Below, piece after piece: positions 24,601 to 37,100 of a stretch of DNA of 64,000 nucleotides. The stretch spans positions 16,845,881 through 16,909,880 of the forward strand of contig NC_092678.1 in assembly GCF_964355755.1 (NCBI RefSeq). Reading direction: 5' to 3'. The stretch's first letter is position 1. Every line of letters begins with the position of its first letter. A model generated the notes under the pieces. That model worked only from the letters and a program-made list of their open reading frames with translations, did no database searches and was not told the origin of the DNA. The position numbers and the translations under genes are program-made. The stretch is from Antedon mediterranea. Its lineage: Eukaryota; Animalia; Echinodermata.

Positions 24601-25849
24601 AGAGATTAGAGAGATCATACGCTTGTCTAAAGGGCCACTTTAGGAACCTCAGTTCTGCATTATTTCTACAGAATTTTCTCGGAAAATGCTCAATTTCGAC
24701 CAATAGGATGTTATGATATATGATGACGTCATTATTAAGCTTGGCTCACATTTTACCGAACGCAAGGACTTGATTTGACCAATCGTATTTTTTTTTAAGT
24801 ATGGGGAAATTTAATATGTTAATAAATGATTATTTTGGTAATTTTTATTCAGTATGTTCTCTAAAGCATGTTTTCTACTATGCGAGTCTATTCACGTAAA
24901 TCGAAAGCATCCCATTATACGCATGCGTATTATTATACCTGACTATAGTTCAAATAGTTTCTACTTTTCGAAGCGATAAAATTCACAACCAATCGGAGTT
25001 CAGGAAACGATCGTGAGCATTCATGCAAATCAAACATCTCAACATACACGAGATCAAACATCGCAGCTATTCATTCTTTAGTAATAAAATTGTATTAGCA
25101 TAACTGTGTTTCTCAGTGAAAAAAATATATGAGGAAAAGGGGCGCGCTAACTGATCGCCAACCAAAATGGAAACAGAAAATATTAGTTAGAATCTAAACT
25201 AAATAATAGAAATAGTATACTGAACAGGTTAATAAAAAGATAAACTGTAAGCAAAGGCCAATTTACACAGAGGAGCGGTAACGGTAAGCGGAAAACCGCG
25301 TACAGGGGCTTGCTTGCACATTATCTTTCGTTTCTGCTTAACCGCCCGTCCGCGACTCCGCGTTTTGTGTAAAGGGTGATACAATTAAAATAGATTACAC
25401 ATTTGTTTTTGACTTTCATTTACCGCTCGTCTGATGTGTAAATTGCCTTTAAGCCTAACAAAATAAAATACCTTGATTACTTAGGTCGTGATTGACATTT
25501 GCATTAATTGCATTAATTTAAAAAAATTACTTTAATGATGACTAATTTTGTCTATAAAGAATAATAAAAAAATGGTACTAGTTCTAAAAATTCTATTTTT
25601 TCCACCTCCTTTAAACATACACACTGTACAGTGTGTATACATTTATGTGTTACGTACTGTACGTACGCCGAGTTACGTCATTGTTTACGTTGACAATTGT
25701 GGCCTATATAGCCTAGATAGTAAGCAAGTAAGCAACTTACCAGAAGACTTTACAGTTTTCCAATTTACATGCAATTTTGATTCACCTACATGAAAGGCAA
25801 CCGCAGCTTTTAAAGCCAAATGATTGCCTTCGTCATAGAAGATATTCAT
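12673..25849 (-). CDS. MARS1: Cytosolic methionyl-tRNA synthetase, 16 exons, ~795 aa (N-terminal GST-like domain, catalytic core, anticodon domain)
   Basis: Exons 5'->3': 25849-25741, 22343-22253, 21884-21803, 21277-21158, 20901-20695, 20194-20112, 19378-19262, 19167-18964, 18745-18544, 17901-17560, 17291-17174, 15686-15473, 15261-15130, 14242-14135, 13952-13769, 12747-12673. Phases consistent, total 2388 nt. Motifs [19 protein letters not shown] (HIGH), CGTDEYG, Zn knuckle [23 protein letters not shown] (KMSKS). AATAAA at 12629-12624. Confidence 0.95.
12861..13146. mobile_element. MITE with ~55-bp imperfect inverted ends in the last MARS intron
   Basis: gctggcattatttttttcctacgcaattaaggcagaagtcatgaataattcatta pairs with taatgaatttttcatgattttgccttaattgcataggataaaaataatgccagc; internal ggttaggtttag. 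Confidence 0.7.
14366..14494. mobile_element. Short palindromic MITE family (also 35309-35400 and 50788-50946)
   Basis: Shared ends (gctctgtctaca)ctatcaaa...tttgatagtgtagacagagct and internal gtgatgtgcccatatatggacatgatgatgtcat...cactaccata. Confidence 0.65.
14730..15053. mobile_element. Degenerate inverted-repeat element with an internal B-box-like motif
   Basis: atatttttccaaagacattctctgaaa pairs with tttcagagaaagtccttcggaaaaatat; GGTTCAAATCCC at ~14918. Confidence 0.45.
15817..16835. repeat. 54-bp minisatellite, 19 near-identical copies, in MARS intron 11
   Basis: Unit cacc(t/c)ggagagcatctttgacttacataagacgttgcctataatcgtggcattc. The C variant is in copies 5 and 9-12. It produces the 354- and 358-aa repeat ORFs on both strands. 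Confidence 0.98.
17981..18093 (+). pseudogene. 5S rRNA-derived sequence (5S pseudogene or SINE3 head) in MARS intron 9
   Basis: tacagccac..acacgttgaaagaccggttatcgtcagatcaacgaagttgagtaaggttggggccgattagagcttcggtgggagac..gggcgttgta is colinear with animal 5S rRNA (ccggttctcgtccgatcaccgaagttaagca..ttagtacttggatgggagacc) but has many substitutions. Confidence 0.75.
19452..19652. mobile_element. PIF/Harbinger-like palindromic MITE, TAA TSD
   Basis: taa|AGGGTCTTTCACACCTGTTCC...GGAACAGGTGCGAAAGATCCT|taa; imperfectly palindromic throughout. Confidence 0.8.
22569..23496. mobile_element. Non-autonomous DNA transposon with ~39-bp perfect TIRs in MARS intron 1
   Basis: ACGCCCGTATTCTTAAACCGGACTTTAGTCGTAGTTCGA ... 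TCGAACTACGACTAAAGTCCGGTTTAAGAATACGGGCGT, with subterminal agtcg/agttcg repeats. TSD ambiguous. Confidence 0.85.
23804..24106. mobile_element. Inverted pair of Penelope-like terminal fragments forming a ~270-bp palindrome, 12-bp TSD
   Basis: Arms 23804-23940 and 23954-24074 are near-perfect reverse complements. TAATTAATTGTC is repeated directly at 23792-23803 and 24107-24118. Each arm carries ccttgagaaag...cgaaacgttgg. Confidence 0.7.
23980..24020 (+). ncRNA. Minimal type-I hammerhead ribozyme motif (mirror copy on the minus strand at 23903-23858)
   Basis: Helix I UACC/GGUA; core UUGAGAA (U3-A8 replacing C3-G8) plus one extra A; helix II GUGCG/CGCAC; GAAA; palindromic ACGU minimal helix III; cleavage site GUU (24014-24016). 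Confidence 0.55.
25253..25450. mobile_element. Harbinger-like MITE in MARS intron 1
   Basis: aaaggccaatttacacagaggagcggtaa ... ttaccgctcgtctgatgtgtaaattgccttt inverted ends. Confidence 0.65.
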
Positions 25850-25992
25850 TCTTGATGTTTTCAAACGTTGTTTTTGATGGCGAGCAAAACGATGAATTTA
25901 AAACGCAGCCACGAATGCTTGCCATATATACCACCGTAGCCGGTTATAAGTCTATACGCCATCAGTGTGTGAACGCCCACAATTACCAACTC

Positions 25993-26000
25993 TTGCATCA
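25993..26000 (-). promoter_or_regulatory. C/EBP-ATF (amino-acid response) element upstream of MARS
   Basis: TTGCATCA on +, i.e. TGATGCAAG on the MARS strand, ~145 nt upstream of the ATG; matches TGATGxAAx. Confidence 0.45.
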
Positions 26001-26543
26001 GCCACCGCGATAACAATTAACACTACGATTCATTTTCAGCCTAAACATTTGTTTTTTATCTTCAGATTAAAAATTAATAGCATAGTGTATAAAAACAAGA
26101 ATCTAGCTGTAAGTAAGAAACAATAGTTGACCAACTTAATCCGAATCACTTAACTTAAGCAGGTCATATTTTATAATAATTCATATACTGTATGTATATA
26201 TAATTCATAATATGAAAAAACACATGAAATTAAATATGAAATATTATAAGAAGAAAACAATGTTATTTAAAAAGTATAGTTTTATTTAATAGACTAAAAT
26301 TAGTTATACGAATTCGTTTTTTTTTTCCTTTTCCGCGATTGTACTGTAGGTTTTGAAAATGTCATCAGTTGGAAATTCCAAGGTGATGTAAATAGCATTT
26401 AATAACCCTGTTCTTTCATTAATTGTTTCAGGTATGCCATATACTAAACCAGGAAATTAGAGTTTAATATCTCTCTATAGTAATATTATAATCTTTTGGA
26501 ATGAGTCCAATACATTATAACAGCAGGGTACTGAATTATTTAA

Positions 26544-26881
26544 AGATGTATTTTCCCCCTGTAAAAATAATTCTTAAACAATTTGTTGTTGAATATTCCA
26601 TTTTAATGTAACATAATAATTATCCACTTTGACCATAAATTAGATTTAAAAAAATGTATTTACCTCAAAAAAATGTAATTTAAAGCAAAAAATGGTCAAA
26701 TTGGCTGCCAGCCAATGGATTTTTCCTTGAATTTAACAATTTATTTTGTCATTTTATAAGTGAAAACATTATTTTTGTTCGTTTTTGTTCGTGATTAACT
26801 TTATTAAAAGTACAAAATAACATATTCAAAGTCTGATTTAATTAATCTTCATTTTTCATGTTTTTGGGGGACAACACATCT
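26544..26881. mobile_element. TTAA-flanked MITE (Kolobok-like); inverted copy at 63365-63650, fragments near 13531, 29862 and 32155
   Basis: ttaa|AGATGTATTTTCCCCC...GGGGGACAACACATCT|ttaa. The internal gaatattccattttaatgtaacataataattatccactttgacc is found reverse-complemented at ~63560-63605. Confidence 0.75.
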
Positions 26882-27130
26882 TTAATTATGGAATATTTTT
26901 TTTGTGGGTGAGGCCAATTATTATTCGCATTTCCATTATTTCAAATAAATCATTTCCTCTTCTTGGTATTGTTTTTTTCTCAACATGGTTTCTTCACATA
27001 ATCTATATATAAATTTACGTAAGGGCAAAATTCAGTAAATCGCGCCTTACTTCTAGAATTTTTACTCGATGGTATATAAAGTTGGTTCGTACTTTCGGTA
27101 CTGATTTTAACCGCCTGATGTAACCCTGTT

Positions 27131-27945
27131 TACTAATTAAATTGAGTTCGATAATTAGTTATTGACGATTAAAACGAATTTAGGTTCAACGATTTGCCCC
27201 AAATAGGGGTGTTTTTCGATCGTGGTATACACTGTCTAATGGATGTCCGTCTTGAAAAGTACCCGCAGACGATAATACGAGGATGCTTCGCTTCCTATCT
27301 CCTCCTACGATAATTGTTTTTAATGGCTGAAAACCGGTTGAACAGCTCGAGTACAGCATCATAATGTTGAAGACAGGCCGATTTTCTTTAAAAAATACTA
27401 TTTTGATAGATTTAATATACGTTTATACAAATGTATTGATTTGCGATGAATGGAACATTCCAATCACTGTTCCACAAGTGTATATTCCCTCAGGCGTCGT
27501 AAAGGCAAGTACTGTATACTCATAAAAGAAATTCGATCCATTTTTTTTTCAATCTGTGCTGCAGAGGTTGGATCATGGAACTATAATATATATATATATA
27601 TCTTATATTATAGTTCCATGGTTGGATATAGATTTTTTTTAACGGATAATGAGCTAGCGTTTTCAGTCGCCGTATATTATGTACACATCTTTATTATTGC
27701 AGTTAAACCACCCACATCATCACCCTTCCCTCACTGGCATGAGTAGCGTTGTAAAGCCAGTAGAGGACAGGCCTACGGTGCATCACATGCCCTAAACGCA
27801 GATCAACTTTGGTGGGTAGGGTAGGAACCAACTTAAGAAACAATTGAAAACCATTAGGCCTACTAATTAAGTTGAGTTCGATAATTTAATATTTATTGAC
27901 GATTAAATCGAATTTATGATTTGCCCCTAATAGAAGTGGTTTTCA
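27131..27945. repeat. ~90-bp direct repeat pair (27131-27216 and 27861-27943)
   Basis: tactaattaa.ttgagttcgataatt..ttattgacgattaaa.cgaattta..gatttgcccc.aatag is present twice. Confidence 0.75.
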
Positions 27946-28444
27946 CAAATTGTTCTACATTATATAAACATATATACGTGGTAGTGATGTATCGTTATAT
28001 GTACTGTACTATTTCAATCGACTAGGACGGTGATAGTTTCAACAAAGTATTACATCGCAATGTTTTACTGTGTTTAGTGGTATATTATTTGTAAAACATG
28101 AAAACAATTAATATTTCGTTACTACATGGATAAAGAATATATTTAAAAATTGTTCCTCTTTGCACCCATCATCTTTCCCACCCATCAACACTATAATGTT
28201 ACATACAAAACACAAATTAAGTTTGTTTAAATTTGACTTAAACAATTGGTCTCATTTTGTGACAAGTTTCTCTTTCGGAAATAATTCCCAGGGTGCTAAT
28301 TTTAGTTCAGTACATAAATCACAGTGTCTATTTATTCTTTCCTGTAAACGACATGTATTATTGTCCTGCGGTACGTACATTTGAAATCGCCAGTTTTTTA
28401 ACGCTGAAATTATTATGTATTCGATAACCATCTGTGGGCACGAC

Positions 28445-28481
28445 CTAGATGGTACGCGAGCGAAGCGAGCGTACCATCTAG
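28445..28481. repeat. 37-bp hairpin CTAG...CTAG with a GCGAAGC-containing loop (Helitron 3'-end-like)
   Basis: CTAGATGGTACGC-gagcgaagcga-GCGTACCATCTAG|T; perfect 13-bp stem. Confidence 0.6.
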
Positions 28482-30975
28482 TTAATATAATTTATCGACT
28501 TTAATTTTATAAAATAATAATTTACAAAACATATTATTGTATTTCATGTAATTGACAACAGTAACAGTAACAATATTAAAGTAAAGTTCTTGGTATCATT
28601 GATTGTTCTCCTTGGTTAAACATGCATACAACAAACACATTTTGTGTTCATATTAATTATGCACGTAACGATTTGATATTATAAGCGCATTGATATTTCA
28701 ATTGATGTTTTTTTTTCTTAGAATATAGATATGTTGGGAAATTCCACGGCGATGCAATAAACAATGAACCTTTTGTTGTATTCTTCCAAATTGTAGACCA
28801 ATTGTGTTATGTTGACGAATTTAACAGTCTTTTTAGTTAAGTAATGAGTATTGGAATGATTATAGATTAACATAACAGGCATCACATTGTTCAAATTGTG
28901 CTCCCAATGTAGATGTTGATATACGTGTGGAAGGATCATAATTCTTGCTACAATTATTTCTCCATGGTTAAACATCCACATGATTATTCTCAGATATGTG
29001 CTAAAACTGTTTTTTAGATGATCATAATGCTAGAAGAATAAAAATAGTAAAAAAAAAAAAAGAAAAGATCTAAGATTGTTTTTCTCTTATTACAAAATAT
29101 ATATAAATTTTATAATAATAATATTGTCTTGGGTAACTTTTGTATAGATATTTTGTACTTTTTAATCTTCACGTTGTTTTTAATGTTGTAATTTTGTATT
29201 TTATTGTTGGATGATTTTGTTTTGCTGGAGACCCACTTGATAGTTTGATTTAGTTCGCTTTTGGGAATCCTGTCTCTCTCTCTATTGTTTGTTATTTTTT
29301 TGTTATAATTATGTGAGACGAAATAAATGAAATGAAATGAAATGAAATGAAATATTCATAACTTAATGTACATAATGCATCTCTTTAATTGTTAATTTCC
29401 TAACACATTCACTTAGCGTATTCATTTCTTAGCGTATTCGTTTTTTTTTAACGTATTCATCTCTTAACATAATCATGTTAGCATAGGCCTATAAATTTCT
29501 TAACACAATTTAAATTTTGGCATATTTATTTCTTACCATAATCATATTTTAGCATATTTATCTAACTACTAAAATGTTGTTGTTTCTTTTTTCTCGGCCT
29601 AATATTTTTAAGTTCATTGTGCAGTAATATAAATCTACTTGCTGCTAATTCATTTATTTTGTTCAATTTGATTAAATTATTAGAAATACAGGTTTAGAAT
29701 AATGTATATAATGACAGTCAGTTGATCAAACAAATGATACTGTAGTTCCTGAAATTGATAGTCGCCATTCTAGCATATAGGCCTATGCAGAAACAATAAT
29801 AATAATAAAATGCCAAATAAAATGTTTGTTATTTTCGTGTGCCCTCCCTTATACAATTTTTTAAGATGTATTGTCATCAATCATGAACAATTAATTAATT
29901 AAATAAATCAGACTTTGAACAGGTTCGTTTGTAGTTTTAACAACTTCCATAGAAAAGAAAATATTTTTACTTAGGCCTATAAAATGACAAAATAAATGGT
30001 TAAGTTAATCAAAAATCATTGGCTCGCAGCTAATTTGACTATTTTTTTGCTATTAAATTACAGTTTACAGTGGATAACTATTATGTGTGTTATAGATAGA
30101 TATCTATATAAAGATATCTCTAATAAAAACTAAGATATCTCTATTGCTTAAATAAATGACAGCTTGGCGCGCCATATTTCTTACTTATTTCCTCATACTT
30201 AAGAGCGATGTGGATTTGAATAATAAATAGTAAAAAAATCCTTCATATCAAGCAGAAGATTCTGAGCATTACGCAAAGTTCTTTGGGAAATTCCAGTGGC
30301 ATACGAAATAAAATAAGTATGTATTATTGTCTTATTTTGCCTAACAACCCTGACAAAACATTTTATGGTTACTTAGCAACATTGTTGTATTACTTTTGTC
30401 AAATTCTGTGAATTGCGCAAATCGAAAACTGGAAATTCCAGTGGCATACAACACAAAACAGAAAGGTAAGTATTTTTCTTATGTTGCCTAGCAAGCTCAA
30501 CCAAACATTTTGTGTCTATAGAAACATTATTTTATAAGTTTACGTAATTAACAGGTAAATTAATTTAGTTTACATTTCGTCAGGAAAATCGATTGATTTT
30601 GTTTTATTTTTAAAGCTTAAAAGCAATTGTTTTAAAATGACTAATTGGTATTTAAGATGTCGTTTTGCAATGTTCTGCACAAAACACATTTTAAACAAGC
30701 AATTACACGGTAAAAGGAACTTCCTTGTAGGAAGTCACGTAAACGAAGTCTACGAACAATATTGGAATTAGACGCGAGTTTAAATTTTAAAAATTAAATA
30801 AAGAATATTTAGAACATATACTGACATATGATTATCTATGTTCTAGATAATAAAATCGGCCTCTGTAACAGGATCCACTAATAACTGTAATTATAAATTA
30901 AATGTCTCAGTATTGTAATTCTATTCTGAACATTATTTAGACTTTTATTTTTCAGCAATGAATTTCGCAGCAAAC

Positions 30976-31257
30976 AAATTAATCGTTACCAAATAACCGA
31001 TCAATTGAGAAATCGGATAAACAAATGCCTAAAAATGAAAACGATAAATAACCCTGGAAAAATATTTATCAGAGTATAGTGAAACTAATAGATATAAATA
31101 GCTCTTTCCGCCTATCAGAAGATTCTGTGAATTAACGCATATTTTCGTGGGAAATTCCAGGATGATGCAATACAAAAATAAGATATATTATTATTTTCTT
31201 TTGTTGCCTAAACAACTTACAACAAATATTCTCTTTGCCTAGCAACCGAAATGAATC

Positions 31258-31288
<31 letters not shown>

Positions 31289-33053
31289 GGCTTAATATTA
31301 ATAATATTTATTGACATTAACAATTTATATCAGTCGCCCATCAGAACATAAAAGGTGCGGTAAAATATTAACAACGTGTTACTTTCAACTTTCAACCAAA
31401 TACCGTAGCCCTATCTATTAAAATATATAAACTTCATTATATATACTTAATACGTTCTACGGTAGGCCTACTACTAAATTAGTAGTAATTACTAAAACAA
31501 CTATATTAATGATATCAATTTTAAATGTAAATATGTATTTGTTTGTATGATGTAGTATGTTTAAGTGGATATTAGCCCTTGATAGCATTTGCAGCAATAA
31601 AGAAATTGAATTGAATTGAATTATTCAATGTCAAATGTTTGCAGTTGGTCTATTTCGTGTAAATCGTAATTAATTACATTTTTTTGGTCTGTTTTTTGGT
31701 TGACCAATTACCGTATTTTTAGTTCCAGTTTAGACTTTCCTTCTTGCCTTGTATCCGTTTTTTATTTGGCAGACATTAAAATAAATTAATTAACACGATA
31801 TAAAGAAATAATAATAACACTATAAAAAGCAAAATTAAGAACGACAGAGATGTTATACAATAATCAGTATAGATGTTTTCTTTCATTAATATTAACTTTT
31901 TTTTGCGCAAATTAGACAATAAGATAAGAAATATATATAATATAAATTTAGTCTGATAAAATGTTTCAGAATTATTGTTTATTGCCTCTCTATTTACAAC
32001 ATTTGTGTACAAAAAAAAAGGATTTTACTGACGAGATAGTATTCTTGCTCGTCTTTCTTCAACAAACTATGAATATGAATATAATTATGATCAATATTAA
32101 TAAACTGCCTGAACCTGACCTTAAATCAAAAGCAGGGAGTTGCTGACTTCCTGTTTAAAGATGTACTGTCCCAAAAAACATTAACAAAAATGAAAATGGA
32201 TAAAATCAGAGGACATTTTGTAGTTTTAATTAATTGATTAATTTTATTCATTTATATGAACCAGTTAAATTCAATAAAAATCAATCAATCAATCAAAATT
32301 AATTAATAAATTAATCGTTACCAAATAACCGATTAATTGAGAAAGCGGATAAACAAATGCCTAAAGATGACAACGATAAATAACCCTGGAAAAACATTTA
32401 TCAGAGCATAGTGAAACTAATAGATATAAATAGCTCCTTCCACACCAATCAGAAGATTCTGTGAATTAATGCATATTTTCGTGGGAAATTCCAGGATGAT
32501 GCAATACAAAAATAAGATATATTATTATTATTATTGTCTACTGCCTAAACAACTTACAACAAATATTGTGTTTACCTAGCAACCGAAATGAATCTATAAT
32601 AATAACATTAATAATAATATGCCTAATAATAATATATTGACATTCAGTGGCGCTCAGAACATAAAAGGTGCAGTAAAACATTAACTTTACTTCCAACTTT
32701 CAACCAAATACGTAGCCCTATCTATTAAAATATAAACGTTATTATATAAAATGTAAGTTCTTTTAAAGAGTAAACTGATTTGTAATTGTGGTAGGCCTAC
32801 TGTACTAGTATATATTATTCAATGTCAAACATGTTTGCAGTTGGTTTATTTCGTATAAACCGTAATTAATTACATATTTTTTCTGTTTTTGATTGACCAA
32901 CTAGCACATTTTTAGTTCCCTTTCTCCGTTTTTGGATTTGGCAGACATTTAAATACATAAATAAATAAGATATAAAAAAATAATACTAAACATCAATATT
33001 AGGAATAGATTTTTGCAAATTAGACAATAAGAAAAGAAAAATATATAATATAT
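30976..33053. repeat. Local direct duplication (30976-31945 vs 32308-33053)
   Basis: Colinear from aaattaatcgttaccaaataaccgat through cgtgggaaattccaggatgatgcaatac to gcaaattagacaataag; copy 1 has an extra insert at ~31480-31620. Confidence 0.9.
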
Positions 33054-33831
33054 GTAAATACAGGCCAGGATTAGTATAATCAAATATCGTGCAAATAACA
33101 AGTCAAGGGTCATGTGTATAGATCTGGCTCATGTGTACTAGAATCTATAGTACATCTTTCGAGTAAAGGGTTACCCCGGTGTACTTTTACACATACATTC
33201 CCTAGTCATAACTAATCTTGGTTGTCAGCATACAGTGTTTAGGGTCACCCTCTATAAATAAAGTTAAATACATTTTTTTTTAAATATTCAAAACATAATT
33301 TTAAAAGTGTATTTGTTGTGGCTTAAACAACTTCTAGATCGAAATTATGCAATTTATCTGCTAGTAATTGATGACGTTTTTGTCGTTAAATGAATATGAA
33401 TATTGAAATTGAATATGCACATTCTACAATAGAAAACAAAACCTTTGGTGGGAAATCCCAGGGTGATTTAATATACAACATAACATACATTGTGTATTGT
33501 ATTCTGTAGTCTAAACAACCTACAACAAACTTTGTGTTTATCTAGCCACCTGGAAACAAGAGTAATGTTTGTTGTTTGTTTTCAATTTCAATAACATATT
33601 GAAATTATTATAGATTACCATGAATTAAACAGGCATCCCATTGTTTAATTATGGACTATTTAGTTCAATGTCAATACATGTGTGAATGGGATACAATTCT
33701 AGGTATCGTTATTCCTCCATGGTTAAACATACATAATGTGTGTGGACATGCCTTATGCAACAAATTCAATTAAGCAATAAAACATGATTAGAAAGGGAGC
33801 TTTTTGTTGGATCCTTCATTTCATTTCCTTA

Positions 33832-34117
33832 AGCCTGGTTTCCATAAAATCGCTACACGACAGAGCGTAGCGATTCTATGAAAACGCTAGAATTTATCGG
33901 GGATCTAGTACGCGAGCGCTAAATATTCTTTGGTACGCGTATACGATTCATCGCCGACAAAATCGGCAAAGTTGAACATGGTTGAACTTTGCCGATTTGA
34001 CTGCGATGAATCCCGATCCCGATTGCGTCGGCGACATCTGCGCGTGTAGCGATTTTAATGGAAACGCTGTAGCGATTTTAATGGAAACGCTGTAGCGATT
34101 TTAATGGAAACCAGTCT
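33832..34117. mobile_element. PIF/Harbinger-like MITE, TTA TSD, right end triplicated
   Basis: tta|AGCCTGGTTTCCATAAAATCGCTACA...TGTAGCGATTTTAATGGAAACCAGTCT|tta; the unit tgtagcgattttaatggaaac(gc) occurs three times in tandem. Confidence 0.8.
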
Positions 34118-37100
34118 TTAGAAAATTCATATTATTTAACACAGTTAGCATTAAGTTTTAGGCCTACATAATTTTGCTACATACACACAATATAGTGGAA
34201 AAGGTTAACTATTTTGCTACGTACAAAAAATACAGAGGTTATGCCTACAATAATAATGAATTATCTTGTTTCTTTCACAACATTTCAGTAAATTTACATT
34301 TTTACAATATTCTATTGCTGTTAAAATAAGATAAGGTAAGTCCTCTTTATAATGTTATAATTATAGAATTATAGAAGGCCTATTCATATTCTTAAATTAT
34401 TATTTATTAAAGTTTTACTCTTATACAGGGTTGGGCAAAAATTATAAAATCAATAATTGCAAGAAATTTAATGATAGCATATTGTTAATAATAACAATGT
34501 TATCTGTTTTACAATTCAAATATGTCTTTGTTAAGAGTTGAGTTTAACTGGGTTATATGCATGTGTGTGTGTGTGTGTGTAAAAATTGATTATGCATGCC
34601 TCGACAACTAATTTATATTTAATAAAATTGAGAGCTGACGCTTTTAAATTTTCTTCACGACACTATAATTCCTTTGTTAAATGTAAATTCGTTTAAACGA
34701 AATTAAAATAGAATCGTACGATCCAAATATCGGAAAGTTCATTGTAACGTTAATATTTATTAAAATCGATCCTTTATCGTTCCGTTTCTATTTTTCCTCC
34801 AAAATACAAAACATTGTTTTGCAACTTAGTTGACGTTAGCTAGTATGTATATTATTTTACTTACGTTTTACGAATCACATCTTCATCATGGTTTAAGTTA
34901 AGTTCCACAATAAACACATTGATTATTACGGAATTAGGGAGCCTAAATAGTACCGGAAGGCCTACTTGTAATTATTGGTTGTGTGTGGCAATGTCTGTGG
35001 CAATGGCTGTGTGTATTTAGTATTTAAAGTGCACATGGGTATGTTGTGTACACTGAACCTACTGTTTATATTCCTTATGCAATAAGGCTTGTTTTTCCAC
35101 AAGATTATAATTTTCGATGAATGCAATACCAAACAAAAAAATGCCTCCTCTACTATAAGGTAAACAATAAAGAAAAAATAATATTAAACGGAAAAAGCAA
35201 CTCTCATCAAATGCAAATGAATGCATTACCACCAGGAAAGGAAAGTCAAAATAAATTGCACATGGGGTATAATACTAGAAAGAGAAAAAATTGATGTTTA
35301 GTAATATAGCTCTGTCTACACTATCAAATTTTATGTGACAAAAAAAGTGTGATGTGTCCATATATGGACATGAAGATGTCATATCACTACCATATTGAAT
35401 ATGTACCGCGCCATATAAAGCAACTTCACTGAGAATCACAAAATACCATACCCACATACAATATAATATAACAAGAAAACTACCAAACTCATTGATCTTT
35501 AGTCAAGAAGGCTACTTAAACATTAAGAGACAACCTACGAATTTAGTATAAACTTATTTTTCTACAGACAGTGATTAAACAACAAAATAGGAAAAAGGAA
35601 GACCAAGAGGATACCTACAACACAACATTAAGACAGAAAATAATCAGACAGAGTGTAAAGGTACCTAACTAATTTAAAAACGTACACATTTGCTGCGTAG
35701 CATCTATTTGACTTCCATTCACGCTACAATCCTTGTCATACCCGAGGTAATGGTTTGTCTACAAAAAAGTGGCCTAAGTCGACCTAGGCTAAGTTTGTGG
35801 TTTTCGCTCTCTTCTGGTGAAATAAATTATTTCAGGCGATTATTATTACACTTCTTAGTTCGTAGGAGGTCTTTTTTATACAAGCGTTCTAATAATAGAC
35901 ATGTGTCTTTAAGAAGGGATCAAAACTAAGTTATACTCTAGATCTGATTGGAGCACTTACTTGCGCTTTGTAATTTCTAGGTTTAAAATATATTTGATAA
36001 TGATAGTAAATAATGCAATACAATATACAACATTTCTGTGCAATATTTAAATTTTTTCTGTGTTTTTTTTCAAAAATAACATCTATACAATCGGCAAAAA
36101 GGAGAGATATTTCGAATCAATGATTTAATTAAGCCTTATGTATATATTTTTTCATTTAGAATTGTTTGTCTTCAAACCTATGCCAACTATATCGCATCAT
36201 CAAATATAGGCCTATTTATACATACTTTTGTATACAAAATTTTAATTATATTTTAAATCATGATAAGGGTGAACATATGATAACAATGTACTGAAACGAT
36301 AATAAGCATTAGAAAAAGAATTGTCCGAGTTACCACACAACCCAACAGAAAGAGTAAAAGTAAAAAAGATTAGATGAAAAAAACACGAATAAATTGATTT
36401 CGTGGGAAATACCAGGATAGCTCATAAAATAATTTATTTATTTTCATTAGTCTAAATAGAATGCAATTAATAGTTTAAATAATACATATTGAAATTATTA
36501 TCATCATAACAATCTTTTGATAACGTATTTATTTTAGCTATATCAAAGTGGGCTTCGTGATGTAATGAATATGTAAAAAGTACAAATATTTTGATATCAA
36601 TAGTCCCCCATGGTTAAACATGCATATTGTTATTAAGAGTTTAATGCACTATTGGTTTTCATCAAAACAACACATTTAAGTATATTCTACTAATTCAAAA
36701 CAATGTCTGTCTACTTTTAAGCATGACACAACATAGAAGGAAATATCTGACTCCAGTTGTACTTCCTCTATTTAAATCAATACTAATTTATAATATCTCA
36801 TGGGGCTTTAAAAAGATGAAGGTACTTAGTACCACTAACTGGAACAGGAAACAGAATAAAAGAAGAGGTCTGATTCCAGCTGTGCAAACCTATAGTTAAA
36901 TCAATAACCCTACTAATTAGCACTTAGAGCCATTACAAAAGATGAACGCAATATGTAACAAAATACTTCAACCAAGATAGCGACTTTAAGTGGCAAATTC
37001 TCAGATAAAAAGACAAACTAACTAATTACGCATTCAATTTCTATATTATAGTTGAAACCTAAAGAAACAAAATAATCAGACAGTAACTAAACTAATTTAG

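Noticed and set aside
25833-25925. 30-codon upstream ORF on the minus strand overlapping the MARS start out of frame
   Set aside because: Its ATG is part of a TATATATG stretch that may be the TATA region upstream of the TSS; it cannot be supported without 5'-end data.
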